From: Candidatus Bathyarchaeum tardum
GTDB lineage: Archaea; Thermoproteota; Bathyarchaeia; Bathyarchaeales; Bathyarchaeaceae
Assembly (NCBI GenBank): GCA_024650005.2
Contig: CP122380.1
Coordinates: 928,001-992,000 of the forward strand
Direction of reading: 5' to 3'
DNA length: 64,000 nucleotides
Under the pieces are notes generated by a model, which worked only from the letters and a program-made list of their open reading frames with translations, made no database searches and was not told where the DNA came from. The translations under genes were made by a program, and so were the position numbers. Positions 49,262-59,841 of this stretch are shown here, in pieces (positions within the stretch are counted from its first letter, which is position 1; each line of letters begins with the position of its first letter).

Positions 49262-50275
49262 ATGCCCTGCACAGTGTTAGTTTGTGGATTTTTCGGAGAC
49301 ACCGGAAAAGGAAAAATGATTTCATATTTAGCAGTAAAAGATAAAACCGCCGTAACAGCACGAGCCGGAGTAGGTCCCAACGCTGGACATACAGTAGTCC
49401 ATAACGGAAAAACCTACAAGCTCAGAATGTTGCCCAGCGCTTTTACAGCTCCTGATTGTCGCCTGCTTATTGGTCCTGGAGTTTTGGTTAACCCAGACAT
49501 TTTCGCAAAAGAAATAGTCGATCTATCTGCACAAGGTCGTGTTGGAATTGACCCCCAATGTGCAATTATTGAACCTAAACACATGGAAGCCGACAAAGTA
49601 GGATTTTTGGCACAAAAAGTCAAATCAACTGGCTCTGGTTCGGGTCCATGCAACTCTGACCGAGTAATGCGAGTTGCAAAACTAGCTAAAGAGTTTCCTG
49701 ACCTTGAAGAATACTTGGTTGATGTTCCCTTAGAAGTAAACACTGCCATCGATGAAGGCAAAAACGTGTTAATCGAAGGCACTCAAGGAACCTATCTGTC
49801 CCTTTTCCATGGAACCTATCCATATTGCACCTCTAAAGACGTATGCGCTGCTGCAGCGTGCTCAGATGTTGGTGTTGGTCCAACAGCTGTAGACGACGTT
49901 ATTGTAGTTTTCAAAGCATATAACACCCGTGTAGGGGCAGGTCCACTTAATGGTGAACTTTCATGGGAAGAAGCCGAACGCAGAGGATGGGCAGAAATTG
50001 CCACTAACACTGGAAGAAAACGACGCGCAGCTCCTTTTGATTTTGATTTAGCAAAACGCGCAGTTATGTTGAATGGAGCAACCCAAGTTACAATTACAAA
50101 AATTGACATTTTGTTCCCAGAATGTGCAGGGGTTACAAAATATGACGAGGTTTCCCGAGATGCAAAAGCTTTTGTTGAAAACATCGAAAAACAACTTAAA
50201 GTTCCCGTTACAATGCTTGGAACTGGTCCCGGAACAATGGAAGTCGTTGACCGAAGAGAAGAACTAAAAAGCTAG
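49262..50275 (+). CDS. purA: Adenylosuccinate synthetase (short archaeal type)
   Basis: FGDTGKGK, GPNAGHT, EGTQG, TRVGAGP, TGRKRR. Confidence 0.97.
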   Translation: MPCTVLVCGFFGDTGKGKMISYLAVKDKTAVTARAGVGPNAGHTVVHNGKTYKLRMLPSAFTAPDCRLLIGPGVLVNPDIFAKEIVDLSAQGRVGIDPQCAIIEPKHMEADKVGFLAQKVKSTGSGSGPCNSDRVMRVAKLAKEFPDLEEYLVDVPLEVNTAIDEGKNVLIEGTQGTYLSLFHGTYPYCTSKDVCAAAACSDVGVGPTAVDDVIVVFKAYNTRVGAGPLNGELSWEEAERRGWAEIATNTGRKRRAAPFDFDLAKRAVMLNGATQVTITKIDILFPECAGVTKYDEVSRDAKAFVENIEKQLKVPVTMLGTGPGTMEVVDRREELKS

Positions 50276-50311
50276 TTGTGTTTCTTTGGTGTTAATGAGG
50301 TTAAGTTTAAT

Positions 50312-50593
50312 ATGTCCAATACAGTAATTGACGTTTCTGAGATTGCAAATTATGACGATGCTTGTGTAAAAGAGCTTACAGTTTTTCTGAAAGAAAAGGT
50401 GGATGGAACTGTTTCTTCTACCAAAAAAGAGGTAACAGTCACTTTTGAAGACGGAAAAGAAGCTTCAAGGTCATGCATGCGGCTTCTTCTGAAAAAGTTC
50501 TTGCATAATGCAGCTTTACAGGACGACTTTAGGGTCATTTCTGGTGACGAAAACGGCTGGGTGCTCAAAGAAAAAAAGGTATACGTTGAGTAA
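50312..50593 (+). CDS. rpl22e: Ribosomal protein eL22 (L22e) homolog
   Basis: ID.S...FLKEKV...SRSCMRLLLKKFLH...DFRVIS pattern; start set to ATG 50312. Confidence 0.75.
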   Translation: MSNTVIDVSEIANYDDACVKELTVFLKEKVDGTVSSTKKEVTVTFEDGKEASRSCMRLLLKKFLHNAALQDDFRVISGDENGWVLKEKKVYVE

Positions 50594-50659
50594 CCCTCTT
50601 TAGTTTCAATCTTGATTTTTTCTTCATAACTCTTATCCGTAATTCTGGTCCATTGTTTC

Positions 50660-50857
50660 TTGTTAGCGAGTTTACATCAGGATGTGACTAGCTTGAAAAA
50701 GAAACAAAGAAATGCAGTTAATCAACGATGCAAAGCATGCAAAGAAGCTATTGTTGTTTCTAAAATTTATTGTAGGCGACTTGGAGAATACGTAGAGGAT
50801 CTAGTATACTGTCCATACTTCAAACAACGACCCCCTGTTGAACTCCATGCAGTATAG
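50660..50857 (+). CDS. Small Cys-rich hypothetical protein
   Basis: CKAC...YC...YCPYF. Confidence 0.5.
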   Translation: MLASLHQDVTSLKKKQRNAVNQRCKACKEAIVVSKIYCRRLGEYVEDLVYCPYFKQRPPVELHAV

Positions 50858-50981
50858 TAAGTAAAAAAGAAGAGTTGCCCATTCATTTTTGTTTCCTCAA
50901 CACTTAATTGAGTGAAAAAAATTACACTCAGTTATATGTGCTTTAATATGGACAATCTGTTTGCTTAATTGAGGTAGCAAA

Positions 50982-51635
50982 ATGACGGTCTTGTTTGATT
51001 TGGGTTTTCGTGACGGAATAATCGCAGAAACAATAGTATCTACTTACGATTCAGACGGAAAACCAAACGCTGCCCCCATGGGTATTGTGATTCAGAACAC
51101 TACCCATTTGTTCATTCGTCCTTACGTTTCGTCCTTAACTTACAAAAATCTTCAAATCACAAAAAATGCTGTGGTAAACTTAACCGTTAACCCCCGCCTG
51201 TTTTACATAACTGCATTCAAAGAAACAAACCCAAACGGGAAACTACCTCCGGAACTTTTCCAAAAAGCAAAAACCGTTTCCGCCCCGCGATTAAAAATGG
51301 CAGACGCGTTTGTTGAAGTTTCAGTAGAAAAAACAGGTTCGTTTGGGTCTGACCGAGCAGAGTTTCTATGTAACGTCAAACATGTTGAAACAATAAACGC
51401 ACCACCCTATGCTTATTGCCGAGCCAAATTCGCAACAATTGAAGCTGTAGTTCATGCGACTCGAATTGAACTTTTCCTGAAAGGAAATAAACAACAACAA
51501 AAACAAGCCCTTCGATTGTTGGAGCTAGTTAACATCTGCACAGATGTTGTAAACAGAACCGCTCCAACCTCAGTTTACTCTGACATTATGGCAGACCTAA
51601 CTCAAAGAATCGATTCTTGGAGGAACCAAAAATGA
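50982..51635 (+). CDS. DUF447 family protein
   Basis: ETIVST, PNAAPMG, RA...IEAVVHATR; methanopterin cluster context. Confidence 0.85.
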   Translation: MTVLFDLGFRDGIIAETIVSTYDSDGKPNAAPMGIVIQNTTHLFIRPYVSSLTYKNLQITKNAVVNLTVNPRLFYITAFKETNPNGKLPPELFQKAKTVSAPRLKMADAFVEVSVEKTGSFGSDRAEFLCNVKHVETINAPPYAYCRAKFATIEAVVHATRIELFLKGNKQQQKQALRLLELVNICTDVVNRTAPTSVYSDIMADLTQRIDSWRNQK

Positions 51636-52597
51636 AAGTTTACGTAAAAACCCCTGCTAGGCTCCATTTTGGTTTGATAGACCTGAACGGGGACGTAGGC
51701 AGATTCTTTGGAGGCATCGGTGTAAGTGTGGATACTCCTAAAGTTGTTCTTGAAGCCGAAAAATCTGAAACTTTTTCAGTTACTGGCGAAAACTCTGAAC
51801 GGGCAGCTTCCTTTGCTAAAAAATTCCTTGAAACTTATAAAATAGCCTCTAACGTCAATATACATGTCAAACAAACAATTCCTGAACATACTGGACTGGG
51901 TTCGGGAACCCAATTAGCTTTAGCAGTGGCGTCTGCTCTTTCCAAACTGTTTAATGTTGATGCTTCAATCCAAGACCTTTCGTCTGTAATGGGAAGAATG
52001 AAACGAACCGGAGTAGGCACTGCAGTTTTTGAACAAGGGGGCTTTGTTGTTGACGGGGGAAAACAAACAAAAAATGGCAAAGTTATTGCTGAAAGTTTGC
52101 CTCCTTTAATTGTTCGTGAACCTTTTCCTGAAGACTGGAAATTTGTTGTTGCAGTTCCTAACATAAAAAAAGGTCTAGCAAAAACTGAAGAAAAAAACGC
52201 TTTTGCTAATGTTAAGCCAATGCCCGATGAGATTGTAGGTCAAGTTTGCAGGCTAATGGTGATGAAGCTTTTGCCTGCCCTTGTGGATCGTGACATCAAA
52301 GCTTTCGGTGAAGCTTTAACTAAAATTCAGGTAGTGGTCGGAGACTGTTTTGCTGACGTTCAAGGAGGAACCTTTTCCAGCCCAGAAGCAGCTATAACAA
52401 TCAATTTTATGAAAACGTGGGGGGCTTACGGTGTGGGCCAGAGTTCTTGGGGTCCAGCAGTATACGGTTTAGTCAAAGGAAAAACACAAGCAAAACAGTT
52501 ACACTGCGCAGTTCAAGATTTTTTAAGAAATAATGGCGGTGGACAAGTTTTCGTCGCTAACCCAAATAACAGAGGAGCTACAATTAAACTGATTTAA
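51617..52597 (+). CDS. mptG: Beta-ribofuranosylaminobenzene 5'-phosphate (RFAP) synthase, GHMP-kinase fold
   Basis: PARLHFGLID, HTGLGSGTQL, GGFVVDGG, GQSSWGP. Confidence 0.88.
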   Translation: MEEPKMKVYVKTPARLHFGLIDLNGDVGRFFGGIGVSVDTPKVVLEAEKSETFSVTGENSERAASFAKKFLETYKIASNVNIHVKQTIPEHTGLGSGTQLALAVASALSKLFNVDASIQDLSSVMGRMKRTGVGTAVFEQGGFVVDGGKQTKNGKVIAESLPPLIVREPFPEDWKFVVAVPNIKKGLAKTEEKNAFANVKPMPDEIVGQVCRLMVMKLLPALVDRDIKAFGEALTKIQVVVGDCFADVQGGTFSSPEAAITINFMKTWGAYGVGQSSWGPAVYGLVKGKTQAKQLHCAVQDFLRNNGGGQVFVANPNNRGATIKLI

Positions 52598-52622
52598 AAC
52601 TTGGTTAATGGAGCTGATTTGA

Positions 52623-53357
52623 ATGGTTTGTCATGTTGCTTGGGCGATAACTGGTGCAGGGCATTTCTTAAATGAATCCTTTGACGTTATCAGCAAATTA
52701 TTGGACAGAAAAAAAATTACTGTTACAACTTTTTTGTCTGCTGCTGGAAGCCAAGTAATAAACATGTATGGCCTTCAAGACAAACTTGACCAACTATCTC
52801 CTGGTGGTTACCTGCAAGAAATAATTTCAGAATCTAGCAAAGACCCTGGTTTTTCCCATTCTGGACGATTCATTTTAGGCGAATATGATATGCTAGTTGT
52901 TTCTCCAGCGACAGGAAACACTATTGCAAAAATTGTATACGGCATCGCAGATAGTCTTGTAACCAATCTTGTTGCCCAAGCCCAAAAAGCAAAGGTTCCA
53001 GTTTATGTGGTACCAACTGACCAAAAAGAAGGATATGTAAAAACTACTCTACCTTATCGTATTGACAAACAAAGCTGCAAACAGTGCACTCCCTGTTCAG
53101 TTGTGGATGTTTGTTCGTACTCGGCCATAAAAATCTCCGATGGCACTCCAAAAATTAGCTCTGTTTTATGTCAGGGCTGTAGTTTGTGTCTGGACGCTTG
53201 CCCGTATGATGCTGTGAAATTTGGAGAAAAAAAGAAACTTTGGATTAGGACAGTTGATGCCCAAAATTTTGAAAAACTTCAGTTGATGAATAACTTGACC
53301 GTTTTAGAAAATCCACAACAACTGGAAACAGTTATCGAAAAACTACAAAAAACTTAG
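52623..53357 (+). CDS. dmrX: Dihydromethanopterin reductase-like flavoprotein with 2[4Fe-4S] domain
   Basis: AWAITGAGH, PATGNTIAKIVYGIADSLVTN, ferredoxin Cys motifs. Confidence 0.8.
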   Translation: MVCHVAWAITGAGHFLNESFDVISKLLDRKKITVTTFLSAAGSQVINMYGLQDKLDQLSPGGYLQEIISESSKDPGFSHSGRFILGEYDMLVVSPATGNTIAKIVYGIADSLVTNLVAQAQKAKVPVYVVPTDQKEGYVKTTLPYRIDKQSCKQCTPCSVVDVCSYSAIKISDGTPKISSVLCQGCSLCLDACPYDAVKFGEKKKLWIRTVDAQNFEKLQLMNNLTVLENPQQLETVIEKLQKT

Positions 53358-54941
53358 GTGCACAAATTGAAGGTATTACTAGTAACTGGAGCCCTTGCCG
53401 AGGATTCTGTCAAACGTTATGCACAAAAAAGCAGTGTTGAAACTCAGGTTTTGAAGTTTCCGATTCAAGTAGCGGCGTTACTTAAACTGCCAAACATCGC
53501 AAAAGAACTAAAAAAAGTGAACCTAAAAGATTTTGATGCCATCTTAGTTCCAGGTCTGATTCTAGGTGATACAACTGTTGTTTCGGATGCTACTGGGGTT
53601 CCAGCTTTTAAAGGTCCACGTTATGCTGCTGATTTGCCTATTGTTTTAGATTCTATGGAAAAACTGGAGCTTTCAACCGTAACGCCTGCTTGTGATTTGC
53701 TTCGAGAAGAGCTTCAACGTAAAGCCTTACAACAGTTAGACTTGGTCGAACTAAACAAAGAACTGTTACTAAAAAACCCCGGAAACATGGTTATCAAAAA
53801 CTTGGCATTTGGTAAAGATTTCCCTATGAGAGTTATGGCTGAAATTGTTGATGCACCATTAATGTCTGTACAAGAACTTCAAAGAACAGCAAAACGATAT
53901 GTAAAATCTGGAGCTCACATAATTGATGTCGGTATGATTGCAGGAGATTCCCGACCTGCTGATGCTCAACAGGCAGTTGAAGCAGTTAAAGAAGTTGTGA
54001 ATGTTCCAATTAGTATTGATACCCTTGACCCTTTGGAATCACAGGCTGCTGTTTCTGCGGGAGCTGATTTAATTCTTAGTTTAGATGCAGGAAACATTGA
54101 TGAACTTTCTTCTTTTGCGTCTGAAGTTGCAGTTGTTGCTATTCCTACAAATCAACGGCAAGGATATTTCCCTAAAACTGTTGATGAACGAGTAGCATAC
54201 ATGGAGCAGATTATCGCAAAAGCCCGAAAACTTGGAGTAAACAACATTTTAGCTGATTTGATTGTTGAGCCGATGAACGTTTTGCGTTCTTTTGTAGCTT
54301 TTGGTGAGTTTGCTAAACGCAACCCTGAAGTTCCCTTGTTTGTTGGCACTACTAATTTTACTGAATTAATTGATGCTGATTCTGTGGGAGTTAACGCGTT
54401 GCTTGCTTGTTTGTCTTCTGAAGTCAATGGAAGCATTTTGTTGGCTACCGAAAAAAGCTCCAAGGCTAAAGGAACTGTACGAGAATTGGCTCTTGCATCT
54501 AAAATGATGTTTTTGGCAAAACAACGAGGTTCTGTTCCAAAAGACCTCGGTTTAGACTTGTTAATCCTCAAAGACAAAAGACTAAGACAGGAACCCTATT
54601 CTGCTGAAATGGAGGCAGACACCCAAGTTATTTTTGCAACAGAAACTCTTGAACCTGAAGTAATGGATGAAAAAGGAATTTTCAAAATCGCAGTAGATCA
54701 CATATCGGGGAACATAATTGCATTATATCTTCAAAACATCCAAACTGAAAAAACGTCAATTGTAATTAAAGGCAAAACGTCAGAAAACGTGTTTTCCAAA
54801 ATTGAAAAAATGAATCTAATAACTCGAATGGATCATGCTGCTTATCTGGGTCGAGAACTGGCAAAAGCTGAGATTGCCCTGAAAACAGAAAAAGAATACG
54901 TTCAGGACCAACCGTTGTTCAAGGATTTATCTGATTTTTGA
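53358..54941 (+). CDS. Dihydropteroate synthase-like protein with C-terminal DUF4346-like domain
   Basis: VMAEIVDAP, ISIDT, ELIDADSVG, PKDLGLDLLILKDK, HAAYLGRELAKAE. Confidence 0.88.
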   Translation: MHKLKVLLVTGALAEDSVKRYAQKSSVETQVLKFPIQVAALLKLPNIAKELKKVNLKDFDAILVPGLILGDTTVVSDATGVPAFKGPRYAADLPIVLDSMEKLELSTVTPACDLLREELQRKALQQLDLVELNKELLLKNPGNMVIKNLAFGKDFPMRVMAEIVDAPLMSVQELQRTAKRYVKSGAHIIDVGMIAGDSRPADAQQAVEAVKEVVNVPISIDTLDPLESQAAVSAGADLILSLDAGNIDELSSFASEVAVVAIPTNQRQGYFPKTVDERVAYMEQIIAKARKLGVNNILADLIVEPMNVLRSFVAFGEFAKRNPEVPLFVGTTNFTELIDADSVGVNALLACLSSEVNGSILLATEKSSKAKGTVRELALASKMMFLAKQRGSVPKDLGLDLLILKDKRLRQEPYSAEMEADTQVIFATETLEPEVMDEKGIFKIAVDHISGNIIALYLQNIQTEKTSIVIKGKTSENVFSKIEKMNLITRMDHAAYLGRELAKAEIALKTEKEYVQDQPLFKDLSDF

Positions 54942-54942
54942 A

Positions 54943-55701
54943 TTATAATTTATGCCCTGAAAGTAAGGAAGAGTTTTTGAGAACTCTTAGGAGTGGTGCT
55001 CCTACTAGTGTTCCAATTACGATTAACATCAGTCTTTCGATTGGATAAATTGGGAATATTAATGCCCAGTTTGCAGGGTATGAAGTTACAGGTATGAATC
55101 CTAATGGTTCTGCCATTATTGTTTCATAAAGCAAGTTTCCCATTAGGTGTTGCATCATGGTTCCAATAAAGAACATTATCGCTATTCCAGCAGCTATTTT
55201 TGGTGCATCATTTGTGTTGACCCAATTGACTAATTTGCGTCCAACAGGTGAAATTAGAACAACAAGGGCTACGATGTGTAGCCACGCAAAAGGAAGTAGA
55301 ACTCCTGAATAATCAACAAACACGCTAGTGTTTGGATGTATCAGAAAAACTGCTAACAGAATAACATTTAATGCAACGGCGTAAATCCATTTCTTTTTCA
55401 TGAGTAGCCCTAATGAAACTGCGCCTACAGTAGCAGGAAGAAAATCTAGGAACATGAAAACTACTGGTCTACCCATTGCCATTCCTAAGAATGTCCCTAA
55501 AACTATGCTTATTCCTCCGGTTATGGGTCCCAGTATTATTCCGTAGATTGGTGCTATTACATCTGATAATGAAAACCAGTTTCCTGATGAGCCAATCATT
55601 GGTAATGTGGGTACTACTCTAAGTACTGCGTATAAAGCAGTGAAAATTGCTATCAATGCTATCGTTTTTGGGTTTTTGAATTTCTTCAATATGTCTGCCA
55701 A
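54943..55701 (-). CDS. ECF transporter S-component-like membrane protein
   Basis: IAIFTALYAVL...APIYGIILGP..GG; YPIER. Confidence 0.75.
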   Translation of the reverse strand: MADILKKFKNPKTIALIAIFTALYAVLRVVPTLPMIGSSGNWFSLSDVIAPIYGIILGPITGGISIVLGTFLGMAMGRPVVFMFLDFLPATVGAVSLGLLMKKKWIYAVALNVILLAVFLIHPNTSVFVDYSGVLLPFAWLHIVALVVLISPVGRKLVNWVNTNDAPKIAAGIAIMFFIGTMMQHLMGNLLYETIMAEPLGFIPVTSYPANWALIFPIYPIERLMLIVIGTLVGAPLLRVLKNSSLLSGHKL

Positions 55702-55908
55702 CTGGGCTACCTCAATTCAAAGTCGTTGTGTAATTTTTTACACAGTATGTGTTTGGGGTAATTAAGTTTTCCTCTGTTTGCAGAACTGCTTTCTTAGTTT
55801 TTTTGCAGAACAGCCCATTTTTGTGGTGGTTTGGGAATTAAAAAACAGTAATTATATAAGTTTGTATAATTATTTAATTTATAAAAACAGCAAGGAAACT
55901 GCAGAAAA

Positions 55909-56181
55909 ATGACCCAAAGCACATACACATATCATGAACCCCGACTTGATACAATTCTTATGGTAGAAAACACAATAAAAAAAAGCGGTTCATATTCAAC
56001 AAAAAAAGAACTTCTGGAGAGTTTACCTAAAAAGGTTCAATATCAAACATTCAACCGTATACTGCAGTATCTGGAAAGTTCAAATAAAATTATGTATGAT
56101 GGAAGAAGTATTATCTGGATTTTTCCAGACAACCCAAAATTAAAAAAACTGTTAGAGACAAGCGTGAAACTAGATTATTAA
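55909..56181 (+). CDS. Small winged-helix protein (putative antitoxin/regulator)
   Basis: PRLDTILMVE...LPKKVQYQTFNRILQYLESSNKI. Confidence 0.7.
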   Translation: MTQSTYTYHEPRLDTILMVENTIKKSGSYSTKKELLESLPKKVQYQTFNRILQYLESSNKIMYDGRSIIWIFPDNPKLKKLLETSVKLDY

Positions 56182-56516
56182 TCAAGAATAGCCAAAACGT
56201 CGTTCATAGTCTTTGTGGCTTGAAAAAAACTCTAAGACAATAACGATTTTCTTTTCATTTTCTGCTAATATTTATAAATTAGACGGCTTTCTTTTCCAGT
56301 TTCCATTCTAAACAGATTATAAATTTCATATTTTGTTACATAAACTTTTGGCCATTTCTTTTTCTCAATTTTATTTCCAATGAGCATGTTTCCTTTAAGG
56401 AGATTCAAATTGTTTATTATTTTTTGGTAGAGTTCGCTTTCCTTATCTAAACTAGAAAAGTATGCTCCAAATTCTGAAGAGCCTCTTAATTCATCAGGTA
56501 CTTTGTTTTTTCTCAA
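56182..56516 (-). pseudogene. RelE-like toxin, frameshifted near the C-terminus
   Basis: ...WPKVYVTKYEIYNLFRMETGKESRLIY, then in the shifted frame ILAENEKKIVIVLEFFSSHKDYERRFGYS-stop at 56182. Confidence 0.7.
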
Positions 56517-56775
56517 ACTGTCAACTATATCCTGTCTTGTTAGACTTTTTATAATTTTTTATATTTTTAATGTTATTTTTTTCCATGATAACTATTAAAT
56601 TCAAATTTAAAATTAAATATGAAAAATAATTTATTTGCGGGGAATAAAAATCCCTAAACCCTTTGAAATTTGATTTACCAAAAATTTACCTGTTCCCTCA
56701 CTTAAAAAAATGTGACGCCTACATAGTAACTGCGTTTATTCTCGAAAGTTTTAAGTGATTTAACGTGAAGGCATA

Positions 56776-57045
56776 TTGGTCGAGGAATTAAAACAGTTGA
56801 GAAACAAGTCTTTAGGTGCTATACTTCTTGCGTTAGCCTTAGTAACTATGGTTGCATATTTTTGGTTGTTGTTTTTGGCACCACAAGATGCCATTTTCTT
56901 AGGACGAACCGCCGCCGAATGGGCAGTGCTAATTCCAGTGGTTATCATTGTTTATGCCGTTCTTATTGTAATTGCATGGATTGGATGGGCACTAGCTTCC
57001 ACTGCTCCGCCTCTTCCTGTTCCTGTAGAGTTTCACGAAAAATGA
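56776..57045 (+). CDS. Small two-TM protein (DPM2-like archaeal family)
   Basis: YFWLLF...WIGWALASTAPPLP. Confidence 0.65.
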   Translation: MVEELKQLRNKSLGAILLALALVTMVAYFWLLFLAPQDAIFLGRTAAEWAVLIPVVIIVYAVLIVIAWIGWALASTAPPLPVPVEFHEK

Positions 57046-57690
57046 ACCTGTTTTTTCCTCAAGCAAAATACTACAACAAATAAAAGAATAGCAATAACCG
57101 CCACCACTAAAACTATGGAACCAACGGGTCTAACTCATAAGGTTGGGGTTGCCAGACGTTAGTTTGTATTGCTTAATTGTAATGGAAAAATTGGAGTATG
57201 TCGATGTTGCTTCAACCAAAAAACCTGTTTCTTGGTCCCAATACCAAATGCTTTGAGGGTTATTGGCAGTTACCGTTGTTCGTTTTTCACCGGCGTATGC
57301 CCGTTCTTCGATTTTGCTGATGGTTATGGTTCCATAATTTTCTTCAGAAAATGTGTCCCCTTTAATTAGGTTTGCATGAATAATGAAAGCCTCTCCTAGT
57401 TTACCTGTTTCAAGATCAAGGCTTGCATATTCAATTTTTTCTGTTCCATCCAAAAACATGGACGTAAATTTGATGTCAACTATTTTTTCCCGTACATTAA
57501 TAACTTCAATTGATGCATTCTTTACATCATGCTCTGGGGGAACATCACCCGTGGTTTTTACGTGATATGCTATCATGTCCCCTTTTTTCACCCCAATAGC
57601 TATTTCTGCGAAAGCATTTGAAAAAAGGCAGAAAATAACCAGAGCTACGCTTAAAAAACAATGAAAAATGTTTGTTTCTTTAGCACATTA
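57035..57690 (-). pseudogene. Frameshifted secreted/membrane-anchored hypothetical protein
   Basis: Central 153-aa ORF (GVKKGD...WDQETGFLVE); signal-like and TM-anchor-like segments fall in other frames; boundaries approximate. Confidence 0.5.
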
Positions 57691-57753
57691 ACCATTATAG
57701 AAAAGTCTTGATTCCATTTTTATGATTTGGGGACAAACCTGTGATTTACAGGT

Positions 57754-59841
57754 TTATTTATCGATGTAAACTTGGCTTTCTCCGTTTTCTTTTTCGATGC
57801 GGATTACATGCTCTGCTTTTTCAGCAAAAGATTCGTTATGCGTTACGGCAATTATTTGTTCAATAGAATTCAAACGGCTAACAGCTTCTGCCAGTCGGTC
57901 TACGGAGCCATCTTCTCGTCCTAAACTTTCTGTGGGTTCGTCCAGCAAAAGCATGTAAAGTCCATGACCTGTTTTTGCTTGCATAATTAACTGTCCCAAA
58001 CCAATCCGGTATGCAAAAGCAAGTAAGGTGCGCTCTCCCCCTGAAAGGTTTGAAACTTCCCGTTCATAGCCTTCTTGGCTGTTGACAAATGGTGAATATG
58101 TTTCGTCAATTTTGACGTTTAACGTGGGTCCTAGGTCGCCAACTAGGTTGTCTAGCATTTGTTGAACACTGAGTTGTAGATATGTTACAAACTCTTTTCG
58201 TAGTTTAGGCTGAATGCTTCTGTATGCAACCCGGATACGGTCTATTATCTCCAATAGTTTATAGATGCTTTCTTTGCGTTCAATTTTTTTTTGAACAATA
58301 TCTATCCGCTCTTTTAGTTCATCTACTCGGATAGCTAAATCATCTTTTTTTCTTTCCAAGTTAGTTAGTTCGTTCTTTGCGTCACGATGCACTGTAAGGG
58401 CAGTTTCCTTGTTTTTTCGGGCAAAATCCAGTTCAGCAACATCAAAATTGGCTATTTCTGTTCTAGTTTCCTCTAACTGTTTCTGCAGGTTTTTTTTATC
58501 CTCTTCTGCTTTTTGTATTTCCAAAGAGTTTTGAGCCAAAAATTCGTGTTTTTCATTAATTTGTCGTTTTGTGTCCTCGATTCTAAGAATAACCTGTTGC
58601 AGATTGGAAACTGCAGTGCTTGCTTTGCTTTGAACGTTTCTTAATTCATCCAGTTTTTCTTGCAGTTCAGTTAACAGTTTTTGTTTCTCAGCTTTTTCCT
58701 GTTGCAGATTATTTTTTAGGCTATCTTTATAATCACCCGTTAATTCTTGAAGGCACCGGGGACACTTGTTTTCTGCAACTATGCTCGAAATGTTTGCTTC
58801 TGACGTTTGCATTTCTCTTTGAGTGGTGCCTTGCTCAACACGGATAGTTCGTAATTGTTCTTCAATTCTTGATAACTGGTTTTGGTATTCCGTTAACGGT
58901 TTATCCAAATCCCAACCGATTTCTTGGAGTATTCTTTGGCTTTGTTCTTCTTTGGTTTCCATCTGGTTTATGAGGCGTTTTAGTTCGTCTAACCGTCTTT
59001 TTTCTGTTTCATTTTGAACTGACATTTTTTTTATTTGGTATCCAAGATTGCCAAGGTTAGTTTTTAGTTGAACTTGTTTTCTTTGTAACTCTTCGGTTGT
59101 TTTTCGCATTTCTTCTAAACTTTCAAGGCATGCAGAAGCTTTCATAAGTTCAGATTCAGCCTGTGCGAATTTTTGTTTTGCTTCATGGATTTGACCTGTA
59201 ATTGATGAGAATTCTTCAACTGCATTGATATAGTTCTCTTCAAGTTTTCCAACACGGATTACGTCAACGTCCCGTTCCAGAACTCTTTTTTCTACTTCGT
59301 ATTCTCTTTCAAATTGGTGCAAACCGCTCCAAGCAATATCATAGTTAGAAAGGCCAAAAAGTTTATCCAACTTTGTTTGACGCTGCCGTGGCGTGATATC
59401 TATCAATTCTTTAAGGTGCTCTTGGCGTACCCATATGATTTCACGGAAAATATTTTTGTCTAACCCCGTTAAGGCAGTTAATTCTTCGAGCACCGCGTCG
59501 TTTTTGTTGCTTGCAACTAGTTCGCCGTCTTTGTAAAGTTTGAGATGGTCGGTGTCTTGGCTGATGCCGTTTCCTTTTCTTTCTAGGGCTCTTTGAATCT
59601 TGTAATGTTTGCCGTTGTGAATAAACTCTGCAGTAACTTTTCCTTTTTGGGCGTCTTCCCGGAGCAAATAATCATAACTTCTGCCGATGGGGTCACCAAA
59701 CAAGACAAAATCAATAGCATACAACACCGTGGATTTTCCTTGCCCCAGTCCCCCTACTAAACAGTTGAATCCACCTACAAAGGGGACTACAGTTTTAACA
59801 TGGGACCTGATGTTTTCTAACTGAAGAGACTCTAGTTTCAA
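57754..59841 (-). CDS. rad50: Rad50 ATPase
   Basis: ENIRSH, Walker A GQGKST, zinc hook CPRC, LSGGE, LLDEPT, VTH. Confidence 0.93.
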   Translation of the reverse strand: MKLESLQLENIRSHVKTVVPFVGGFNCLVGGLGQGKSTVLYAIDFVLFGDPIGRSYDYLLREDAQKGKVTAEFIHNGKHYKIQRALERKGNGISQDTDHLKLYKDGELVASNKNDAVLEELTALTGLDKNIFREIIWVRQEHLKELIDITPRQRQTKLDKLFGLSNYDIAWSGLHQFEREYEVEKRVLERDVDVIRVGKLEENYINAVEEFSSITGQIHEAKQKFAQAESELMKASACLESLEEMRKTTEELQRKQVQLKTNLGNLGYQIKKMSVQNETEKRRLDELKRLINQMETKEEQSQRILQEIGWDLDKPLTEYQNQLSRIEEQLRTIRVEQGTTQREMQTSEANISSIVAENKCPRCLQELTGDYKDSLKNNLQQEKAEKQKLLTELQEKLDELRNVQSKASTAVSNLQQVILRIEDTKRQINEKHEFLAQNSLEIQKAEEDKKNLQKQLEETRTEIANFDVAELDFARKNKETALTVHRDAKNELTNLERKKDDLAIRVDELKERIDIVQKKIERKESIYKLLEIIDRIRVAYRSIQPKLRKEFVTYLQLSVQQMLDNLVGDLGPTLNVKIDETYSPFVNSQEGYEREVSNLSGGERTLLAFAYRIGLGQLIMQAKTGHGLYMLLLDEPTESLGREDGSVDRLAEAVSRLNSIEQIIAVTHNESFAEKAEHVIRIEKENGESQVYIDK

